Assembly (NCBI GenBank): GCA_964650355.1
Contig: CAZYTL010000005.1
Span: forward strand, 23,209-87,208
Length of the DNA stretch: 64,000 nucleotides
From: an uncultured Gammaproteobacteria bacterium
Lineage (GTDB): Bacteria; Patescibacteriota; Microgenomatia; CAYXHB01; CAZYTL01
Direction of reading: 5' to 3'
In this document: positions 57,828 to 64,000 of the stretch, one piece after another
Layout: each line of letters starts with the position of its first letter
Numbering within the stretch: the first letter of the stretch is position 1
Notes under the pieces: generated by a model
What the model was told of the DNA's origin: nothing
What the model saw: only the letters and a program-made list of their open reading frames with translations
Databases searched by the model: none
Program-made: the position numbers and the translations under genes

Positions 57828-58910
57828 ATGAAAGCCATCATCCCTATTGGCGGTCGCGGCACCCGCATGCGCCCGGTCACCTTCACCGCCAACAAACACT
57901 TCATTCCCGTTGGCAACAAACCGCTAATCTTCTACCCCATTGAAACCATCGTTGAAGCCGGAATCAAAGACATCGCCATCACCTATAATCCCGGACAGCT
58001 AGAATATGCTAAAGAAGTTCTTGGTAATGGTTCCCGATGGGGTGCCAAATTCACCTACATCCTTCAACCCGAGCCCAAAGGCTTGGCCAACATCTATCAA
58101 GTCTGTGAAGACTGGGTCGGCAACGACCTCTTTGTCTCTCACATGGGAGACAATATCTTTACCAATGGCATCAAAGATCTCGTTCAATTCTTCAAAAAAG
58201 CCAAGCCCTCAGGTGGCCTGGTCACCATGGTCCAACATCCGGAAAATTGGAGATTAGGTGTGCCTTATTTTGATAAACAAGGGAATTTAATAAAATATGT
58301 CGAGAAACCGAAAAATCCTCCTCATAATTTTGCCGTTCCCGGACTTTACTTCATGACTCCTAACGCTTTTAAAGTCTTTAAAGGCAAGGATAAACTCCAA
58401 CCATCAGCGCGAGGGGAATACGAACAACCCGATGCCTATCAGTGGTTAATCGACCACCACTACCAAGTCCTTGTCAAAGAATACCAAGGCAAATGGCTCG
58501 ACCCTGGCAAATTCAACGATTGGCTGGAGACCAACCAATACCTGCTCGACACCCAAACCCAAACAGACCTGAAAAGCAAACCCGACAAACATTCCAAAAT
58601 CGAAGGCCGCGTTACTATTGGCAATCAGTGTCAAATAAAAAACACCACCATCCGCGGTCCAGTTAACATTGGCGACCACGTCACCATCATGGACAGCTTT
58701 ATCGGCCCCTACACCTCTATCTACCACAACTGTCACCTGCTCAACTGCAACTTGGAGAACTCCGTACTCATGGGCAGCGTCATCCTCAAAGACATCACCA
58801 AACCTATCGACAACAGCATCATCGGCCCAGATTCAGAAATCAAGGGCAACCACAACGGCCATGACGACCTCGAACTATTCATTGGAGAGATGTCGAAAAT
58901 TTCACTGTGA
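57828..58910 (+). CDS. Sugar-1-phosphate nucleotidyltransferase (glucose-1-phosphate thymidylyltransferase-like long form with C-terminal left-handed beta-helix).
   Basis: The N-terminus has IIPIGGRGTRMRPVT...KPLI. The C-terminal hexapeptide repeats are IGDHVTIMDSFIGP. Confidence 0.7.
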   Translation: MKAIIPIGGRGTRMRPVTFTANKHFIPVGNKPLIFYPIETIVEAGIKDIAITYNPGQLEYAKEVLGNGSRWGAKFTYILQPEPKGLANIYQVCEDWVGNDLFVSHMGDNIFTNGIKDLVQFFKKAKPSGGLVTMVQHPENWRLGVPYFDKQGNLIKYVEKPKNPPHNFAVPGLYFMTPNAFKVFKGKDKLQPSARGEYEQPDAYQWLIDHHYQVLVKEYQGKWLDPGKFNDWLETNQYLLDTQTQTDLKSKPDKHSKIEGRVTIGNQCQIKNTTIRGPVNIGDHVTIMDSFIGPYTSIYHNCHLLNCNLENSVLMGSVILKDITKPIDNSIIGPDSEIKGNHNGHDDLELFIGEMSKISL

Positions 58911-58999
58911 AATTTTCGATGATTTATTAATTTATTACTTTACTAATTTATTAAAAAATAAGCCTGCATGGCAAACTGAATAAATCAATAAATCTTTAT

Positions 59000-59401
59000 A
59001 TGGATACTTACGCTAGTATTGAAAATCTACAAAAACTTAAGGTCTATCAATTAAGCAGAAAATTGTCCAAATTAGTTTGGGATATAGTTTCTAAATGGAA
59101 ATACGTTGCCCAAAAGACAATTGGTATTCAATGGATCGAATCAACTGACTCAATTTCATCAAATATTGCAGAAGGTTATGGAAGATACCATTTTAATGAA
59201 AGCATAAATTTCTATTATTTTTCTCGAGGTTCTTTATTTGAATCTCATGACTGGTTTAAAAAAGCTCAGGAAAGAAGATTGTTAACAGGAGAACAAATTA
59301 AGCAATATTTAGACATTTTTGAAAAAATCCCTATTGAACTGAATGTGTTAATTAAGCGAACCAAAACAAGTGCGAAAGAATACAAAAAGTTGAATAAATA
59401 A
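59000..59401 (+). CDS. Four-helix-bundle protein of the 23S-rRNA-intervening-sequence family.
   Basis: 133 aa. The motifs are LKVYQLSRKL...SNIAEGYGRY...SRGSLFE. It is flanked by AATAAAT-rich repeats, consistent with an insertion into the rml cluster. Confidence 0.6.
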   Translation: MDTYASIENLQKLKVYQLSRKLSKLVWDIVSKWKYVAQKTIGIQWIESTDSISSNIAEGYGRYHFNESINFYYFSRGSLFESHDWFKKAQERRLLTGEQIKQYLDIFEKIPIELNVLIKRTKTSAKEYKKLNK

Positions 59402-59434
59402 ACAAATAAATTAATAAATATTTTAAAATTTTCT

Positions 59435-60445
59435 ATGAAAATTTTAGTAACCGGCGGCGCTGGCTTCATCGGCTCCAACTTCATCCACTACTGGCTAGAA
59501 ACTCATCCCCGCGATAAAATCATCAACCTCGACAAACTCACCTACGCCGGCAACCTGGAAAACCTCAAAGACATCGAACACCACCCCAACTATAAATTCA
59601 TCAAAGGAGACATCCTCGACAAAAAACTAGTTAAAAAGCTCATGCCGGACATCGACATCGTGGTTCATTTTGCTGCCGAATCCCACGTAGATCGTTCGCT
59701 ATTTGCCGCTGAAGACTTCATCACCAGCAACGTCATTGGTACTCAAATCCTTTGCGAAGCCGCGGCCCAACATCATATTAAACGATTCCACTACATCGGC
59801 ACAGATGAAGTATTCGGTGCTCTTCCCTTAAATACTAAATCTAAATTCAAAGAAACTGACCAATTCGACCCCCGCAACCAATATGCAGCCAGCAAAGCCG
59901 GCGCAGAATACATCGTCCGCGCTTATTACCACACTCACCAGCTACCCATTACCATTACCAACTGCACTAACAATTTTGGTCCTTATCAACACCCCGAAAA
60001 ACTCATTCCTTTGTTCATCACCAACCTGTTAGAAAATAAACAGGTTCCCATGTACGGCGATGGACTCTATGTCCGGGATTGGCTTTATGTTAAAGACCAT
60101 TGTCGCGCTATAGATTTAGTCCTCAAAAAAGGCAAAGTAGGCGAATCCTATCTTGTCGGAGCGCAACACCAAGAAGTCAACAACCTTCAACTCACTAAAA
60201 AAATCCTCACCATTCTTAACAAAGATGAAAAGTACATCAAGCACGTCAAAGATCGCCCCGCTCATGACCGTCGTTACGCCGTAGATTGGAGCAAAATCGC
60301 CCAACTGGGATGGAAACCGGAACATGATCTTGATACCTGGCTGGAGTACACTGTTAAATGGTACACAGAAAATGAACAATGGTGGCGCCGGGTCAAAAGC
60401 GGAGAATATCAAAAATACTACCAAAAAGTCTACCAAAACAGATAA
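59435..60445 (+). CDS. rfbB: dTDP-glucose 4,6-dehydratase.
   Basis: TGGAGFIGSNF Rossmann motif, the catalytic YAASKAGAE (YxxxK) and the RmlB-type C-terminus. Confidence 0.9.
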   Translation: MKILVTGGAGFIGSNFIHYWLETHPRDKIINLDKLTYAGNLENLKDIEHHPNYKFIKGDILDKKLVKKLMPDIDIVVHFAAESHVDRSLFAAEDFITSNVIGTQILCEAAAQHHIKRFHYIGTDEVFGALPLNTKSKFKETDQFDPRNQYAASKAGAEYIVRAYYHTHQLPITITNCTNNFGPYQHPEKLIPLFITNLLENKQVPMYGDGLYVRDWLYVKDHCRAIDLVLKKGKVGESYLVGAQHQEVNNLQLTKKILTILNKDEKYIKHVKDRPAHDRRYAVDWSKIAQLGWKPEHDLDTWLEYTVKWYTENEQWWRRVKSGEYQKYYQKVYQNR

Positions 60446-60446
60446 G

Positions 60447-60981
60447 TATGAATATAAATGTCCAAGAACTGTCCATTGCCAAACTTCAACAAACTAAATT
60501 TCAAATCAAGGAAAAACTTAATTCTCCCACTATTAAAAACGTCTACTTTAAATCACTAAAGCGCCATGTTGACCCTCGCGGAGACATCACTGAACTTTGG
60601 AGCCAACCCTGGTCAGAAAAGGAACCCGTGGAAAAAACAGTCAGGCATGTCTACTTCAACACCACACACCAAGGCGTCGTTAAAGCTTGGCACATCCACC
60701 AACACACCACTTCTCAATACACTTGTATCTCAGGCAAAATGCAGGTAGTTCTCATTGACCTTAGAGAAAAATCGCCCACCCAAGGTCACGTCAACCAATT
60801 CCTCATCGGTACTTACGCCCCATCTTTCATCAAAATCCCTCCCGGAGTATTAAAAGGTTGGAAATCAATTCAAGGTGACTCTGTCATCATCAATCTTCTC
60901 ACCAGCGCAGATTTAAAAGACAACTCCCGCTACCCCTGGGACTGCATCCTCCCTGACATCTGGCTTCCCAAAAACGGCTAA
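60447..60981 (+). CDS. rfbC: dTDP-4-dehydrorhamnose 3,5-epimerase-like cupin.
   Basis: HVDPRGDITELW plus the His-rich WHIHQH. The likely true start is the ATG at 60447 (MNINVQ), 2 nt after the rfbB stop. The ORF-track start at 60379 overlaps rfbB. Confidence 0.6.
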
Positions 60982-60987
60982 TATATC

Positions 60988-61494
60988 ATGTTGACTCCCT
61001 CAGAAATCCATACAGTTCAAAAATTACTCGGTAAACTTAAACCCGGCTTTTTGCCTGCCCCCATCTTCTATGAAATTATCCGTTTAGTTACCAATCCTAC
61101 CATGATGATTGTCCCCATTTACCAAAACGCCAATCATGAAATCTTCATCTGGTTGCACCAACGTGAAGATAATGATCCCTACTACCCTGGAATGCTCAAC
61201 CCACCCGGAAACGTCATCAGGTCAACAGACGCCTCTTTAGAAGCAGTCTTCAAGCGCATCTGGACCCAGGAAATGTATAAAACCAAAATCATTAAAGGAC
61301 CAATTTTTGTTCACAATGATTTCACCCAAACCAATCGCGGGAAAGAACTCACTCTCTTGTATTGGATCACCATCAACAACCAAGTATCCAAAGGCAAACT
61401 ATATCCTTTTAAACATCTTCCCAGTAACATCATCGAGAGTGATCGCCATCGCTTTCAGGATGCTGTTAATCATTTCCTTAAACACGAAAAGTAA
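60988..61494 (+). CDS. Hypothetical protein.
   Basis: 168 aa, within the rml cluster. No motif recognised. Confidence 0.45.
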   Translation: MLTPSEIHTVQKLLGKLKPGFLPAPIFYEIIRLVTNPTMMIVPIYQNANHEIFIWLHQREDNDPYYPGMLNPPGNVIRSTDASLEAVFKRIWTQEMYKTKIIKGPIFVHNDFTQTNRGKELTLLYWITINNQVSKGKLYPFKHLPSNIIESDRHRFQDAVNHFLKHEK

Positions 61495-61550
61495 TTTCTT
61501 CCCCACATCTCAAGTGTAGTAATTCGCTAATTAATTCTCATACCTAATAC

Positions 61551-62531
61551 ATGATACCTAATACCAAAATCCTCATCACCGGCGCCAATGGCTTAGTTGC
61601 TTCCCGAGTCATCCAACTCCTTCCTTCCGATTATCAGCTTCTTACTCCTGATCTCAACCGCTTTAATTTATTAAACAAATCCCAAATCACCCAATTCATA
61701 AAACAGAACCGTCCAGACATCACCATCCACTTCGCCGCTTACACCAACGTCTCCGAAGCCGAAAACCAGGCCGGAAATAAACAAGACGACTGTTGGCAAA
61801 TTAACGTCGAAGGCACCCGCAACCTCATCTCTGCTCTAAAAGCTAACAGCTATCAGCCATCAGCTAACTTAATCCACATCTCCACCGACATGGTTTTTCC
61901 CGGGGCAGAAGATAATCCCGGCCCCTACACCGAAACCCACCCTCTACCTATCAAGTCTCCTATAAATAAAAATTCTAACAGCTATCAGCTAAAAGCTAAT
62001 AGCTATCGCTTGTCCTGGTACGGTTGGTGCAAACTCCAAGCCGAACTCCTGGCCCGTCAAGCCGGAACCACCATCGTCCGCCTCATCTATCCCGTCTGCG
62101 TCCACCCCGTCAGACCGGATTACCTTCACAAACTCTATAATCAAAGCCAAAAGTATCCTCTCTTCGACGACCAACAAATCTCCATCACCTACATCGACCA
62201 ACTCGCCGACGCACTTATAAAAATCATTGATCTAAAAGCTAGCAGCCAAAAGCTATCAGCTAATACCTTCCACATCTCCACCCCTGACACCACCACTCCT
62301 TACCAACTCCTCAAATACACCCTTGAAAAACTCCGCCAGGACACTTCACATCTCAAATCCTCATCTCTCAAAGACTACCTAAAAACCCAACCCAATCCCT
62401 ACCGCTATCCCCTCAAAGGTGGCCTCAATTCTGACCAAACATCCCAAACTCTCAAAATCAAATTCTTCTCCTGGCAGCAAGTCGTCAACCATCTCATCTC
62501 TCAAGGTCTCAACTTTCCTACTCAATCATAA
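61551..62531 (+). CDS. rfbD: dTDP-4-dehydrorhamnose reductase-like (RmlD), carrying three in-frame low-complexity mini-repeat insertions.
   Basis: ILITGANGLVASRV...PDITIHFAAYTNVSEAE. The repeats AGCTATCAGC/AAAGCTAAC at about 61844, 61978 and 62240 encode (L)KANSYQ-like segments. The protein is 326 aa against a typical 290 or so. Confidence 0.6.
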   Translation: MIPNTKILITGANGLVASRVIQLLPSDYQLLTPDLNRFNLLNKSQITQFIKQNRPDITIHFAAYTNVSEAENQAGNKQDDCWQINVEGTRNLISALKANSYQPSANLIHISTDMVFPGAEDNPGPYTETHPLPIKSPINKNSNSYQLKANSYRLSWYGWCKLQAELLARQAGTTIVRLIYPVCVHPVRPDYLHKLYNQSQKYPLFDDQQISITYIDQLADALIKIIDLKASSQKLSANTFHISTPDTTTPYQLLKYTLEKLRQDTSHLKSSSLKDYLKTQPNPYRYPLKGGLNSDQTSQTLKIKFFSWQQVVNHLISQGLNFPTQS

Positions 62532-62565
62532 CCTTCAACCGTTTCTTATCAACTCAATCCTGATT

Positions 62566-64000
62566 CTACTGTGGAACTTCACAAAACTGGCCGTACACAA
62601 ACTCAGTTGACATATTTATATCATCAGGCATATCAAAAGTATGTCTGCTCTTCTCAATCAACACAATCGTCATATACACTGCCTCACCTGGCTGTGCGCA
62701 ATAAGGTTTATTTAAAACATTCTCCTGCATATAAGCCAGACAACTATTAATCGAAGCCGTTGCCTCGGGATCATCGGTCCAGGTTCCTTGAATCATTCGC
62801 GCATCCTCCTCAGAACTCGTTCTAAAATAAGAAGCGCAGACCATTGGCCTGAACAACCAGTCAGCCACATCTAACATATTCACCTTCTCGTCTCTGACTA
62901 AGTCAAAAGAATCCACTTTCTGCCCGTAATTAGATAGCATTAACTTAGCATTCGGTTTTACTCCAAACACATAGTCTTCTACCTCACCCCCATAATCAAC
63001 TCCTGCGGGCTCTCCCGGTCCGGCTAAAGTGCTTTGACTATCGACTCTGGCTCTGAAGAAAAACGGACCGCTCAACCCTACCGCATTTCCGGTCGCAAAC
63101 CCGAACACCCTGCTTCCGATACAGTTATTCTCCGGTTTAATGTTAATCACTCCTGTATCCCAAAAAACAATATTTCCATATCCCCAATTAATCCACGAAC
63201 TTACTACAGCATCAATTGGCTCTACACAGCCGGGCATTGATACTGTCTTTCTCATTAAATATGACTTCCCTGGCTCTATTAACACCCCGTCTAATGACCG
63301 CCAATTTTCAATCCCGTCATCGGGGTTCAAATCGATCTCAACCCCGTCGTCTCCATCGTCAAACACGTTAGTTGCCGTTTCAAAATCCCTTTCTGACCCT
63401 AACCGAACATCGTGGTCCGGATAAGGATAGTCAGCCGCTAGATAATGATACGCCTCCCCCATCACCTCACTCACCTGTTGATCTCCGTAATCTATTTGGC
63501 GTTCATATTTATCCACCACATAATCCTCAACTTCACCCCCCACATCAAAGTGACGATCAGCCGGACCTGGAATCCCGGTTCCGATCCTGGCCGAAGCTCT
63601 AAACCTGAATAACATTGGTCCGTTTTCCCCGGCATTTTCCGGCACATTAATATCCAAATAATCCCAACCCTGACATGAATTCCAATCTCCCACTTCTATC
63701 CGTTTATAATCTTCAGTCAACAGCTGCGCACCTTGTCCGTTACTCCAATCAACCCAGGCAAGATATGAAGAATATGGATCAACCCACTCCTTACAACCGG
63801 GAATAGTCACTTTCACTCTTAATCGATAACTTTCTCCGGGTACCAATTTTGCAGTATTCAAGGGAGCATAATAATCCCGGGGTATATTTATCCTTATTCC
63901 CACCCCATCATTGTCAGCTACCTTAGTACCCTCAGAATTCAAACTCTGGTTATCATCCGGTATGTTTGTCCCTTTCTCATAATCCCGTTTAGAACCTAAA
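62566..64000 (-). CDS. 5'-partial large surface protein with two GEVED-type motifs (the N-terminus runs past the window end).
   Basis: FDVGGEVEDYVVD and VDYGGEVEDYVFG. The frame stays open upstream of the TTG at 63942 to position 64000. It has a weak dockerin-like stretch DSFDLVRDEKVNMLDVADWL. Confidence 0.6.
   Translation of the reverse strand, partial: LGSKRDYEKGTNIPDDNQSLNSEGTKVADNDGVGIRINIPRDYYAPLNTAKLVPGESYRLRVKVTIPGCKEWVDPYSSYLAWVDWSNGQGAQLLTEDYKRIEVGDWNSCQGWDYLDINVPENAGENGPMLFRFRASARIGTGIPGPADRHFDVGGEVEDYVVDKYERQIDYGDQQVSEVMGEAYHYLAADYPYPDHDVRLGSERDFETATNVFDDGDDGVEIDLNPDDGIENWRSLDGVLIEPGKSYLMRKTVSMPGCVEPIDAVVSSWINWGYGNIVFWDTGVINIKPENNCIGSRVFGFATGNAVGLSGPFFFRARVDSQSTLAGPGEPAGVDYGGEVEDYVFGVKPNAKLMLSNYGQKVDSFDLVRDEKVNMLDVADWLFRPMVCASYFRTSSEEDARMIQGTWTDDPEATASINSCLAYMQENVLNKPYCAQPGEAVYMTIVLIEKSRHTFDMPDDINMSTEFVYGQFCEVPQ

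Noticed and set aside
60379-60446. ORF-track start of rfbC at 60379, overlapping rfbB by 67 nt.
   Set aside because: The extension encodes a basic low-complexity peptide (MVAPGQKRRISKILPKSLPKQIS) in the rfbB C-terminal region. The ATG at 60447 sits 2 nt after the rfbB stop and begins the conserved cupin sequence.
1-64000. Alternative genetic code (UGA or UAG recoding), given the unusual organism.
   Set aside because: All long ORFs close on standard stops, and no in-frame TGA or TAG is needed to complete the domains.
1-64000. tRNA, rRNA, transposase or integrase genes.
   Set aside because: No T-loop GGTTCGA/GGTTCAA-type motifs with matching acceptor stems were seen on either strand. No DDE, tyrosine-recombinase or Ser-recombinase motifs were recognised, not even next to the foreign cassette.

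Overview
This 64 kb window reads as a low-GC bacterial chromosome segment with no Shine-Dalgarno sequences and no clear lineage. It has two parts.

Positions 1-43.7 kb hold a dense array of about 20 paralogous genes for secreted, modular enzyme-like proteins. Nearly all are on the minus strand. Each has a signal peptide, a right-handed beta-helix or polysaccharide-lyase/glycoside-hydrolase-like catalytic region, Pro/Thr linkers, and interchangeable binding modules (CBM9-like, discoidin, LamG, CBM6-like, and a beta-sandwich carbohydrate-binding-like module).

Almost every one carries the same roughly 30-residue single dockerin-like calcium-loop module, consensus (L)LxNWLxxxGDxNGDGKVNSWDWGKVISNL. 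It sits at the extreme C-terminus, or between the enzyme part and a terminal LamG domain. I counted 19 copies. I read this as a previously undescribed surface-display or sorting system, cellulosome-like but with a single-repeat dockerin. No cohesin or scaffoldin partner is visible in the window.

The paralogs also share a stereotyped promoter: a TGGTAGAGT -10-like box exactly 6 nt before the ATG, so a leaderless transcript is likely. Upstream of it are tandem ATCACGTARC sites. Paralogs have exchanged modules by gene conversion. There is one very recent inverted module duplication and two frameshifted remnants.

A compositionally foreign, AT-flanked four-gene plus-strand cassette of unknown function (12.4-14.5 kb) interrupts the array.

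Positions 43.8-62.5 kb are plus-strand housekeeping and alpha-glucan/dTDP-rhamnose genes: truB, gap, glgA, galT-like, a GH13, a GT4, a GH57, a G1P nucleotidyltransferase, rmlB, rmlC and rmlD. This block contains a tandem duplication of a two-TM-anchored Cys-rich surface protein gene, with swapped C-terminal domains. It also has a GC-rich insert with a textbook sigma70 promoter, a structured leader and an SD-driven small secreted protein, a four-helix-bundle gene in AATAAAT-repeat spacers, and mini-repeat insertions in rmlD.

The plus strand is C-rich throughout regardless of gene orientation. Minus-strand genes use G-ending codons and plus-strand genes use C-ending codons, except in the foreign inserts and in the recent inverted duplication. 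All coordinates come from the supplied ORF track, checked by reading the sequence by eye. Homology calls rest on remembered family motifs, not on database searches.
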